Below, in pieces: positions 13,375-25,324 of a stretch of DNA of 64,000 bases. The stretch spans positions 90,336,001 to 90,400,000 of the forward strand of contig CM052817.1 of NCBI GenBank assembly GCA_028534125.1. Direction: 5' to 3'. Positions within the stretch are counted from its first letter, which is position 1. Each line of letters opens with the position of its first letter. Both the position numbers and the translations under genes were made by a program. Below the pieces are notes generated by a model. It was not told the origin of the DNA, did no database searches, and saw nothing but the letters and a program-made list of their open reading frames with translations. The DNA comes from Lama glama (lineage: Eukaryota).

Positions 13375-13872
13375 TGTGATGGGCAGCAGTGATGCCCACC
13401 CCTTGATATTCATGCCTTTGTGTGATCCCCTTCAGTGTGGACTGAATTTATCAACCCCTTTCTTGCAAAAAGAATTGGCAAAATGATGATAGGTCACTTC
13501 TGAGATCAGACAATAAAATGGTAACTTTGGTTACCCTGGGGAAAAAGCAGCTGCCACATCATGAAGTATCCCTTCATGTTGCATTATTCCTTTATGAAAC
13601 ATGATGAAGCCATAGGGCAAGGGACTGAGGCCAGCCACCAACCATATGAATGAGCCTGTAAATTGGATCCCACCCCACAGTAGAGCCTTCAGATGAGACT
13701 GCAGCCCCAGTTAAGAGGTAGACTGAAATCTCAAGAGAGACCAAATTCAGAGGCACCTAAATAAGTTATGACCAGATCCAGACCCACAGAATCTGGGAGT
13801 AAGAAATATTTGTTATTTTCGAATGGCTGAATTTTGAGATATTTGGGTACACAGCAATAGATAAACAGTACT
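13375..13872 (+). mobile_element. MaLR solo LTR, MLT1F-like
   Basis: gagccttcagatgagactgcagcccc, gacccacagaa, cacagcaatagataa motifs. Flanks atagc/gtagc (4 of 5 match) fit a TSD. Confidence 0.85.
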
Positions 13873-14899
13873 GTAGCATAAAACATTGTTAGACTCTCAC
13901 ACTCTTTCACTTCTTAATGACACAGCAATCTTCTCTCCAACCCAAATGTTCCAAATTGTCATGGAGCATCTAAACCTGCTGAACTCAACATGTGAAGTCA
14001 CTATTCAAGTACCCACATTAGGTAACCAAAGTCAGTAGTAACTATTGGAATTAAATTTGAAATAAATCAAAATATATGAGAAAAAACATATACTGTCTTG
14101 GAAATAGGAATGTAATTTGAGAAAATGTTTTGTTTTTATGCATACTCTGTAAAAAGACACAGACAATGTAGTTCTTAGAGACCCAGATAATACCAAAACA
14201 ATCAAAACACTTCGAATAACAATATTACAGATATCTAGCACATTTTCCCCTCGGTATCATGCATATTTTTTACATTTACATAATGGATGTAGGGATACTT
14301 AATATGTTATTGGGAATGTATATTAACACAATTTAATACAGAATTTGAATTTCATATAGTGGCATATTTTATACTGCATATGATACATGATAATGTCATA
14401 TATAGATGAGACATAAGGCTGCACGCTTTGGAAAAGAATAGAATTGTTAAATATGTTAATGCACTCATCCATTACTTTTACATCAAGTTCATTTTATATT
14501 TTAATTATTCTGTGTCGAGTATTTTGCAAGGCCTTACATCAAAGTCTAAAGCATGATTTGACTTCTATTTGTAGATAACAAAGGTCACTTTGTCTACCTT
14601 CTTCCTGAATCCAATTCTTTAAGACAAGGAAATGAGAAATAGAAAAGAAAAGTCATCTGTGATACACTGAGGATGAAACACACAGGGGAAAAAAAAAAAA
14701 CTAAACCTGGAGTAAGGTTGCCAACAGCAGAGTATTGGACCAGAGCAATAAAGAGAGACAAGAGAGGAAACTGTCTCTGTGTATGTGGAGCAGAGTGAGA
14801 GGAACACAGAGAAATATACACACACTGTAACTTTCTGAGAGGCCATTTCTAAGTGTCCTTGATTGAAATTACAATATATATATAAACAAGTAAGAAGAT

Positions 14900-17100
14900 G
14901 GCCTTAAACCATATTTATCTCAGAGGTAATTCAGGGGAAAGGGGCTGAGAAGGATCCACCTGGACATACTGTCTTTGCAAGAAGCATGCTGTTGGGAGGA
15001 AGGATAAAGCACCTTTGGGGAGCTGGCAGCCCTGCAGTTTTCCATCTTGTCTGCTAAAAAGAAGAAAATGCCGTATTATCATACAATAGGTCTGTGAAGG
15101 AAGACTGAGAACCAGGGGGATTGTTTGCTACCTCAAGGATGGAGAAATTAAGAAACCACAAGAAAAAATATTCAGTCTGGGCTTTTATAGTTCATGGACC
15201 TTTCTCCTCTCTCAAAAACACTTCGAAAAGCTAGACCATGGAGAACTGTCTCCATTCAGGCATGAGTGAAATCTAGAAGGGATTGAGCAGAGTACATTAT
15301 GCCAAGACACTCCAAAACAAATGACCGGGGGTGGACCAAAGAAAGACAAATGAATTCTACCATAAAGTAGGTCAAATCTTAAAAATTAACATTGAATACA
15401 AAGAACAGTGAAAGATATGGCCTCTCTGAAATAATTGTCCAAAAAAGCAATGACAAGATAACATATAGAGATGAAAAGTAAGCAAACTGGTTCCAGGAAG
15501 TAAATGAAAAAGCTAAAGAAAACATATAATGAAAATTCAAATAATAGCAGTCAGTAAAAGGGTTATCGATCAAAGGTTTGAAAATATGCAAAATCAAGTT
15601 AGAAACAAACACTGTAAAGAAATAGAAAGATGATGAGCAATATGGAAAGTAGCATGTAAGAAATTAGTGTTTGTAGAGAACAGAATACATGAACCTAGAA
15701 AAAAATTTGTATATATAATCAAAGAATTTTTTAAACGAAGTCCTGTATTATTACCTTAAATAGTCCACACGGTCCCAAAAAGAGGAGAAAAAAAGATTAT
15801 CAATATCAGGCTAATCCTGATGAAGTTATAGAACTTCAATAACAAACAGTAAAATTATAAGGGAATTTAGGTAGATGATCAAGTCACTTAAAAGGAGGAT
15901 AAAAAATATAGAGCTCATATCAGACTTGTCATTAACACCATTCAGTGCTAAATACTATGGAGCAATGTCTACAATGTTCTTAGGGCTATATCAGAAAGCA
16001 TAATATTTTATACTCTTTACGTGCCAATAATTCAATAATTCAAATTGTAGGTCCACCAACTATAGTATGTAAACTTGAGCCAATCACTTAAATTCTCATT
16101 ATCTCAGTTTCCTCATCTCTAAAATGCAGATGATAGTACTTTTTTCAAAAGGTTACTTCTAGAATTAATACTTATGGAAGACTTAGAATGAAGTCAGGTA
16201 CATAGTGAGTATTATACATATATTAAATAATTAAGGAGCATTAAAATTAACAAAGCAAGAACTCTCTAGAAAAAAAAACCAGAAACTTAAACTTACCTAT
16301 TATTCAACAATAGATGAAATAGTTCCAATAAAATTAAGTATATAGAACTAAATAATATATTTATGATAGGATACAAAGGTATAGAAATGTATTTATGTAC
16401 TCCTACATGCTAAACACATAGAGCATACTTTGAAAGCACTCAAGCTTTTTAATTTAAGAATTCATTTTTCCAGAATTCTTAGAAATTATTGTTAAAGAAA
16501 CACTTTATCAGAACAGAGTGTAATAACATTAGAAATGAATACATTAACAAAAATGGAAGTTGAACACAGACCAAATAAATACCAGCTAAAAATGTAAAAT
16601 CAAATCTTAACTCTTAGTTCATAAAATAAAAAACTGAAATTGCAGAATACAAAGGCAGTAACACTACCAGATCTTTTGTGATATCCAGTAAAAATGTTCA
16701 GATAAAAAATACTATTAATACTATCATGTACTTAGGTTATAAGAAAAAGGAAAAAATGGAAATGAAGGAAAATACTGAGTTTAAAATAATTTGAAAAGCA
16801 ACAAAACATAATAATGGAGAAGAAAATAATTTTAAAAGATAAAAGCAAAATTTATAAAATAGAAATCAGAAAAATGGCAAAGTTTAAGCACAAATGATAA
16901 TAGAAAAGTTAATGGCAGAATATAAGACTTCTTTGACTACTTCTCTTAGCTCCATATGAGTTAATTTGAAAAACTGCATTAGAAAAACTAAAAGAAATGG
17001 AAATCTAAAAGAACAATTGTAAAGAATTGTTTGAGAAAACTATTAAAGGTTATCTTTCAAAAATGTTATGCCATGTATGAAATACAAAAGAGAAACAATA
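14900..17100 (+). mobile_element. Ancient L1ME/HAL1-like 5' region, ORF1 and ORF2-start remnants
   Basis: ORF1 C-terminal phrases (atcctgatgaagtta..gaacttcaa, atatcagacttgtca, tggagcaatgtctacaatgttcttagg) in A-rich sense sequence; boundaries approximate. Confidence 0.6.
16040..16232 (+). mobile_element. MIR SINE
   Basis: Core cacttaa..ctcagtttcctcatctctaaaatg and tail ggtacatagtgagt. Confidence 0.85.
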
Positions 17101-17129
17101 TTCATCAGTGTGATTTTAGATAATGATAG

Positions 17130-17730
17130 TTTACTCTTTTTCATTGGTGTGTATTCACTACACAAATGTAACACTTATTCTATGGTTATTTCTAATTTTT
17201 GACTATTATGTGTAAAGCTGTTAATGAACATTTTTTTATCTGTCTTTGGCGCACATGTGCACTCATTTCCCTTGAGAATCTACCTAGGAGACGAATTGCT
17301 GATTGGAAATACTTTTGGTAGTATTCACTAAACAGTCTGATTGTACCTGTTTACACCCTCACTAACTATGCAAGTATTTTCACTTGCTACAGAAATCCTT
17401 GCTGACATTTGATATGGGCAGACTTTCTATTTTAGCCATTGATGGGTGTGTATTGATATCTTCTTGCAGTTTAATTAGTTATTCTCAGATTACTAATGAT
17501 AAATACCTTTTATATAATTATTATCATTTTAATATATTCTTTTGTGAAACATCTCAAGCCTTTCACCCATTTATTGTTTAGACTTCCTCATTGATTTGTA
17601 GAAGTTCTTTATAAAATTTGAGTATAAGTCCTTTTTGAGTTGTATGTATTTTAAATGTCTTCCAATCCATGACTTCCTTTTAATTCTCTTACTGGCATCT
17701 TCTGATGAACAGAAATTCTTAAGTTTAAGC
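17130..17730 (-). mobile_element. Old L1 3' ORF2/UTR fragment
   Basis: aaagctgttaatgaacatt, tacctaggag..gaattgctg, ctgatgaacagaaattcttaa. Confidence 0.7.
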
Positions 17731-17879
17731 TTCTTTCAATACTCCATTGCTGTGTAATTACATACCATCAAAATGAGCAGCTTAATACATTATATTATTT
17801 ACTCACAATTCTGCAATTGGGAGGGAATTGTGGTCCCTGGTAATTGTGCTTTTTGCTTGGTAACTTGCTTCCCATAACA

Positions 17880-18370
17880 TAAAAGCAGCATGATTGTGCA
17901 GAGACACCTGAACAAAAATTCTCATTGTAGCAGTTTATATTACCAAAATGCTGGAAATGAATCAAATGTTCATTAATATAGGGCTCAATAAATGTATCAT
18001 AATACATTTGTATAATGAAATACTCACTCTGCTGATGTTAAAATAATGAAGTAGATCTAATGATTGATGATCTGGAATAAGCCAAAATATATATTGGATT
18101 ATGTACTGAAAATAGAAAACTGCATGAGAGAAAACATATATATATATGTGTATGTACAAAAGATGATCTCATTTTTCTTAGAAATATAAATGTATTTGTG
18201 CATATTCATAAGCAGATTATTGTAAGATGCACAAAATAATAACAATGTTTGCATATCAAAAAGAACCCAGTGGAACCTTGTATAGAAAGGAATCTCTCCT
18301 TTTAACCCCTTTTTTATTTATCATATACATATATTTATTTTCTAATAGAACATTACTAATAAAAACATGT
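17880..18370 (+). mobile_element. L1ME-like 3' UTR fragment
   Basis: cattgtagcagtttatattaccaaaatgctggaaa..aatcaaatgttcattaatatagg..ataaat. Confidence 0.6.
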
Positions 18371-18471
18371 AAAGGATTAGCAAAGTAAATGGTACTAAAT
18401 GTGTATGAATATATACATACACAACTAACATGCCTGTCATAAATATGTTGTCATTGTTGTTTTTGGTTTTT

Positions 18472-21362
18472 CCTGTTTTGTTTAAATTGAAGTACAGTCA
18501 ATTACAATGCATCAATTTCTACTTCACAGCACAATGTCCCAGTCATGCATATACATACATATATTCGTTTTCATATTCTTTTTCATTAAAGGTTATTACA
18601 AGATATTGAACATAGTTTCCTGTGCTATACCGAAGAAACTTTTTAAAATCTATTTTTATACATAGTGGCTAACATTTAATCTCAAATTCCCAGATTTATC
18701 CCTTCTCACCCCCTTACCCCAGTAAGCATAAGATTGTTTACTATGTCTGCAGGTCTCTGTTTTGTAGATGAGTTCATAGTGTCCTTTCTTTTTTTTTTTT
18801 TTTTACATTCTACATATGAGTGATTTCATATGGTATTTTTCTTTCTCTTTATGGCTTACTTCACTTAGAATGATGATCTTTGGATCCATCCATGTTGCTG
18901 CAAATGGCATTATTTTATTCTTGTTTATGGCTGAGTAGTATTCCGTTGTATAACTATACAACAACTTCTTTATCCAGTCATCTGTCGATGGACATTTAGG
19001 TTGTTTCCATGTCTTGGCTGTTGTGTATAGTATTACCATGAACATTGGGGTGCATGTATATTTTCAAATTAGAATTCCCTGCAGATACAGACTCAGAAGT
19101 GGGATTGCTGGATTATATGATAGGTCTATTTTTAGTTTTTTGAAGGATCTCCATACTGTTTTCCCTAATGGCTGCACCCAACTGCATTCCCACCAGTAGT
19201 GTAGGAGGGTTTCCTTTTCTCCACACCCTCTCCAGCATTTATCATTCATAGACTTTTGAATGATGGCCATTCCTGACTGGTGTGAGGTGATACCTCATTA
19301 TAATTTTGATTTGCATTTCTCTGATAATTAGTGATATTAAGCATTTTTTCATGTGCTTATTAGTCATTTGTATGTCTTCATTGGAGAATAGATTGTTTAG
19401 GTCCCTCTGCCCATTTTTAGATTGGGTTGATTGTTTGTTTATCATTATTAAGTTGTATGAGCTATTTATATATTCTGGAAATTAAGCCTTTGTCAGTCAC
19501 ATTATTTGCAAATATTTTCTCCCATCCTGTAGGTTGTCATTTTGTTTTATTATGATTTCCTTTGCTGTGCAAAAGCTTGTAAGGTTAATTAGGTCCCATT
19601 TGTTTATTTTTGCTTGTATTTCTACTGCCGGGGTAGACTGCCCTAGGAGAACATTGCTAAGATTTATGTCAGAGAATGTTTTGCCTGTGTTGTCTTCTAG
19701 GAGATTTATTGTATGTTGTCTTATATTTAAGTTTTTAATCCATTTTCATTTTATTTTTGTGTGTGGAGAAAGGGAGTGTTCTAACTTCATTGATTTACAT
19801 GCTGCTATCCAGTTTTCCCAACACCACTTGCTGAAGTTCTTGCCTCCTTTGTCAAAGATTAATTGACTATAGGTCTGTGGGTTTATTTCTGGGATTTATA
19901 TTCTGTTCCTTTGACCCATATGTCTGTTTTTATGCCAGTACCACACTGTTTTGATTACTGTAGCTCTGTAATATTGTCTGAAATCTAGGAGGGTTATTCC
20001 TCCAGCTTCATTCTTTTTCTTCAATATTGCTTTGGCAATTCTGGGTCTTTTATGATTCCATATAAATTTTAGGATAGTTTGTTCTAGTTCTGTTTAAAAA
20101 AAAAATCCTAGGTAATTTGATGGGGATTGCATTAAATCTATAGATTGCCTTGGGTAATATGGCCATTTTAAACGATACTGATTCTTCCTATCCAAGAGCA
20201 TGGGATATCTTTCCATTTTTGTAAGTCATCTTTAATTTCTGTAACCAGTGTTTTTTAGTTCTCCATGTATAAGTCTTTCATCTCCTTGCTTAGATTGATT
20301 CCTAAGTATTTTATTGTTTTGGATGCAGTTTTAAAAGGAATTGTCTTTACTTTCTTTACCTGCTAATTCATTGTTAGTATAAAGAAATCCAACTTATGTT
20401 TGTGTGGTAATCTTGTATCCTGCTACCTTGCTGAATTTTTTTTATCATCTCTAGTAGTTTTTGTGTGGCACTTTCACGGTTTTCTATATATATATAGTAT
20501 CATGTCATCCACATATAGTGACAGTTTTATCTCTTCTCTTCCAGTTTAGATCCCTTTTATTTCTTTTTCTTTTCTGGTGCTGTGGCTAGGAATTCCAAGA
20601 TTATATTGAATAGAAGTGGTGAGAGAGGGCATCCTTGTCTGGTTCCAGACTGTAGTGGGAAGGCTTTCAGTTTTTCACTGTTTAGTACTATGCTGGCTGT
20701 AGGTTTGTCATAAATAGCTTTTATTATGTTGAGATATGATCCCTCTATACCCACTTTGGTGAGAGTTTTTATCATAAATGGGTGTTGAATTTTATCAAAT
20801 GCTTTTTCTGCATTTATTGAGATGACCATGTGGTTTTTGTCCTTTCTTTTGTGGATGTGGTGTATCACATTGATTGATTTGCATATGTTGAACCACCCTT
20901 GTGTCCCTGGGATGAATCCAACTTGATCATGTTGTGTGATCTTTTTTATGTGCTGTCAGGTTCTGTTTGCTAATATTTTGCTGGGGATTTTTGCATCTGT
21001 GTTCATCAAACATATTGGCCAGTAATTTTCTTTATCTGTAGCATCTTTATCTGGTTTTGGTATTAGAATGATGGTGGCTTCGTAGAATGAGTTTTAGAGT
21101 ACTCCTTCCTTTTCAGTCTTCTTGAAGAGTTTGATGAGGACTGGTATGAGTTCTCTGCACTTTTGGTAAGATTCCCCAGTGAAGCCATCTGGTCCTGGAT
21201 TTTTGTTTATAGGGAGGTCTTTTTATTGCTAATTCTATTTCATTTCTAGTGATCAGTGTGTTCAAGTGGTCTGCTTCTTCTTGATTCAGTCTTGGTGGAC
21301 TGTATGTTTTCACAAACTTGTCTGTTTCTTCTAGGTTGTCCGTTTGTTTCCATATAGTTGTT
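18472..21362 (-). mobile_element. Young lineage-specific L1, 5'-truncated (~2.9 kb; RT and C-terminal ORF2 plus 3' UTR), frameshifted
   Basis: ORF-track peptides are L1 ORF2 (20557-20868 [25 protein letters not shown]...[15 protein letters not shown]; 18803-19045 [18 protein letters not shown]). TSD-like ttgtttttg(g)ttttt at ~18457-18471 and 21362-21375. Confidence 0.95.
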
Positions 21363-21379
21363 TGTTTTTGTTTTTAAAG

Positions 21380-22410
21380 TTTATACTTCTGCCTATGTAT
21401 TTCTGAGTACACAAAAGAAGAAGAAAACTGGATGGTGATAATACAAACAAGATGAGAATCCTAGCAGAATTTGAACATAATGAGGAACACCCTCAGGCAA
21501 AAATAAATTTTCTGGAGGATGTTTTTAAATGGTTTTGAAATCTTACACAGATATTTGAAAATAGTATGTAGATGAACTGAAATTTACATTGGGCACATGT
21601 AAAAACATCCACAGGAAATTGCGTAAATTTCATGATGCCACAGAATATGTGACAGAATGGAACAGGTGACATCACTGTGTTTCCTATGACAGCTTCTGTC
21701 CAGAGGGGGTTTGCCTATTCTTGTTTATTGTAGACATTTAATCTTGACTTTAATAACCCTGATAGGAACCACCCAGTCTTGCGTTCTATATGCCACATTA
21801 CTGAAGATGTGAAAAGGTATTTTTGAGACATTTAAAATGTCTATTTACTTGTTTTATTTTTTAAAAAAATCATTAAAATGCAGCATTTTGTGGGGTCCTG
21901 ATGTCAACTTCCTAGTTTCTCCCTTGGAATCTGGTATAAATATGGGCCAGTCTTAAGGATTTTCTGGTTGTCTTTTCCATCTTTCCTTTGTATACAATTG
22001 TGTTTTCCAATTTATCATTTAATTCATCTTTATTAAAATGTCAGATGATTTCTTACTACACAGCACACAGGAGAGTATTACGCTCCAACAGGTAGACTTT
22101 AATTATCACCACATATCTGATTTCTGAGTCAGTCTCAAAATGTCAGCACTATAAATACTATAAAACATTTGTTTTTCTCCTTGTTTTTGAGAATTTTCCA
22201 GTAAATAGACTCATACATTGATGAGCTCTGTAGGGTCTAGTACTACATTATTATTAGAGATTACTCTGAAAGTTTTTTTTTTTTTAATCATTTCACTATT
22301 TAGGCTGTGGGGTGGGGGAGCAGGAGTGTGTTAATGATAATTTTTTAAATATAGGAAACCTAAATGTGACTTCATATTCAAATAAAACTGTTGGAAATTC
22401 AGATTTGAAA
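21380..22410 (+). other. Candidate terminal exon and 3' UTR of an unidentified + strand transcript
   Basis: Acceptor tgtttttgtttttaaag at 21363-21379, ~1 kb with no repeat I could recognise, AATAAA at 22381-22386. Short stop-terminated frames: FILLPMYF*, YTSAYVFLSTQKKKKTGW*, LYFCLCISEYTKEEENWMVIIQTR*. Confidence 0.35.
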
Positions 22411-23849
22411 AGTAACCAAAGCCATAAGTTTAGCCTGGAGGAGGGCTTCTAGGCAAGCTAGGAAAAAAACTGGCTTCTGTGGACATTTGCCCGTAGGCAG
22501 CGTCTTTTGTTACAGCGGCTGCACAGCCAGCTGAGTCTCCAATTAGGCTCTCTGAGCAACTGCTAAATACTAAGGTTTAATGGCTTCCCCCTCTTTCTCT
22601 GTAACCTTTCCCTAGAGCAGGATGAGAAAAATAAAGTTATAGCCTAGAGAAAGAAAAATGTTCACATTCTATAGCTTTCAACTTTAGAAACTCAGAGCCA
22701 GTACCTACATGTTGCTGAAGTTTTGATGAGAAGTTAAAAAAAAAAAAAAGTCAGTACTTTCTGATTCTGGTGATCCTCTGTGATAGGGCCATCACTTGAT
22801 TTATGGTGAATAAAGTCATTATGGCAGCGGAGTGAACCAGGAAAATCTAGACTCAAAGATCCAGACCTAAATTATGATATAGAGTCAGATGTCAAAATGA
22901 AGTTTCACTTTTTTATTGCTTTGTGTATTTTATTTACTGTAGTAAGCACATAGACTGTGAACACATAAATGTCATATGTGTTCTTTTCCTAAAAACAACA
23001 TGCTCTAACCTAGTAGCAGTGAGAAGAAAATTCCTAGCAAAATGGCAACATTGCTGATTTAATGTAAACAAAGAAACAGAGCTCGGATGTTGTCTTTGTT
23101 ATGTAGTGTGGACAATAACCTATTTTATGCTTCAATTACTCTATATTGCAAATGTGGAAAATGATGATATTAAGAACGGGTGGAAATAATTAAATTACAA
23201 ACAAAATAATTATGATGTAATCTCCAAGTACAAAGGCAAATGGAGTCACAGCAGCTTCATGAAATATGTAGAGGGTCATGAAGGCACTTACGGAATTAAT
23301 TGCCTAGTTCTGAATTGCAGAACTCTGTGTAAGCATATTACTCACACAGGTAAGAAGGCTGTTCTTCAAGGCATCCGTGTAAATATTTAAATCACATATT
23401 CAGTCTCCAGAATAAAGCAAGTTTAATAAGCAATGCAAAAATGTCTTTCCTCCTTCGATCCTAAGAATGTATGCCCATTTAGCTTATTATTGATTTTTGG
23501 CAATTTATGTTATTGATGGGGGGACAAAAGATAACAAGAATAGGAATAATTGAAACCATTAATATAATACTCAGTTCTCACTTTCGGTTAATACTTTCTG
23601 TATTTCATCATTAATATTATCACATGATTATTTTTACTTCACCTATATTTATGTTAAAATAAAAGAATACCCAAGGCTATACTCTCTGTAAAAAGGAAAT
23701 TACAAAATATCTTGGGGAAAGAATAAACAAAGAGCATTGATTACAAAATCCAATGCCCAATGCAGCTCTATAAACCAACTACACACAGAACAGGGAAATA
23801 CAAGAATTAGAAACTGGGCGCTGAATGACTGTGAAAGCTGAAATTGATT

Positions 23850-24030
23850 GAAAATTTTGTTAGTGCTATGCACTGTGCTTTGTATACATGATTTCTACAT
23901 CCCTACATCCCTGCAGTGTGAGTTTTGTTATGTAATTATGTAGCCAGGACAAACTATGTTCAATAAAATTGACAAATCACCCTTCAGTTTCTTCAGCCAA
24001 TAGGAGGCAGCACTGGCATCTGAGGCAAGT
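23850..24030 (-). mobile_element. Degenerate MIR
   Basis: cactgtgctttgtatacatgatttc..atccct..gacaaacta..ttca..aaaatt; weak antisense match. Confidence 0.5.
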
Positions 24031-24149
24031 TGGCCTTAAGCACAGGTGCTTGCTTGCCTTGCTCCTGAGCTGTCCCTCAGGTTTAAGAGAAGGCTTCTGG
24101 GTTTATTAGGGAAGAAGAGAAAAGTCTCCTAGACAGAAAGAACCTAATC

Positions 24150-25075
24150 TGAGAATCATTTGACAATAAAACTCTGAAAAATTGTCTACCAGGATACTGA
24201 GAGAATTATCAGATAAAGTTACTTACAGGGATTGCATTACTATTGAAAGAATTGTGAAGAAGAGAAAGAAGGAAAGATGAAGCTTGTGTTTTCCAGAAGA
24301 CAGATAAATCAGATTCTGATAATTATAAGCAGATGTGATTATATAGATCCTGCTTCAGTTTCTAGAATTAGATATTTAAAGTTTATGTGCTTAGAAAATG
24401 AAGCCATTAATCACTAGGAGTATTAATGGCTTCATTTAGTACATGTCATTATGACCAACCTAATTTTCTCCCTTTTTCTTATGTGCAGTTAGCAAGGTAT
24501 TTGTCAAGGTTTTGCATATAACCTAGTGGATAGGAACAGAAATATGGGTGACAGAAGTTTATAGAGCCTTTTTTTCATAAAATATTAACCAATAATATGA
24601 ATACAAACTAAATACATTTTACAAAATTTGCAAATAACAGGAAGTGGTCATTAGTGAAAGTAATTAGAATGTAAAGGAAGTTCAAAGTATTAGAGCAATC
24701 AGCCTAATAGAATGAACTTAAAAGTAGGTAAATATAAATTATTGCATTTGGTTCCAGAAAGGATGGAAGAAAATGATAATTTGATTGGATAGCAGTACCT
24801 GGGAAGTAAGAAGTTATGACATCAGAATGTTAGATACTAAGCTCAGTATCAGTCTGAATTGACACTCGATATATTGGTGTAATATACGAATCCATGTAAC
24901 TAATACAGTGCTAGCCTAGATTAACAGAATTGTAGCCGTGTTAGACTGCAGAAGTTCAGAATATTGACTTGGGGTTCAAAGTGGCCAAAACTTTCCTCAT
25001 TGCAGAGCTATCCAAAGATGAAAGAAATTTCCTCTGTAGGTTGCCTATTCTCAACTATTGAAGTTCTCAAAAGTG
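24150..25075 (+). mobile_element. L3/CR1 LINE relic (RT region and 3' end)
   Basis: ttagaaaa..atcactaggag..atggcttca..gtca..gaccaacctaatt, agcaaggtatttgtcaag, caaaatttgcaaataaca and taaattattgcatttgg correspond to the CR1 RT motifs QHGF..SC.TNL, SKAFDK and KFADD. Confidence 0.75.
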
Positions 25076-25121
25076 CAAACTCTGGTGAGAGTATATCCAA
25101 ATAAACAATCCACACATAATA

Positions 25122-25234
25122 AGAGATAGATAGGTGGATGGGTATCTAGATAGGTAGGTAAGTAGGTAGGTAGGTAGTTGGGAATGTGGGTGGGTGGGTG
25201 GATGGATGGATGGATGGATGGATAGATAGACAGA
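25122..25234 (+). repeat. Compound tetranucleotide microsatellite (TAGA/TAGG/TGGG/TGGA)
   Basis: Seen directly. Confidence 0.95.
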
Positions 25235-25324
25235 TATGCATGCTATGTTAAGCACTTTAGAAGTAACCACATATGTATATATAATTGCTATGCTATTTAT
25301 AGATGCTTAAATGGCTAATTCTTA

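Noticed and set aside
18803..21313. ORF-track peptides with reverse-transcriptase and cysteine-rich motifs
   Set aside because: They are frameshifted fragments of L1 ORF2, not a novel RT system or host gene; the same applies to 28189-30146 and 46914-47604.
21628..21662. SECIS-like ATGA..AA..GA arrangement downstream of the in-frame TGA
   Set aside because: The upper stem is only ~6 imperfect bp (tgccac/gtgaca), whereas a SECIS needs ~11-12 bp; selenocysteine recoding is not supported.
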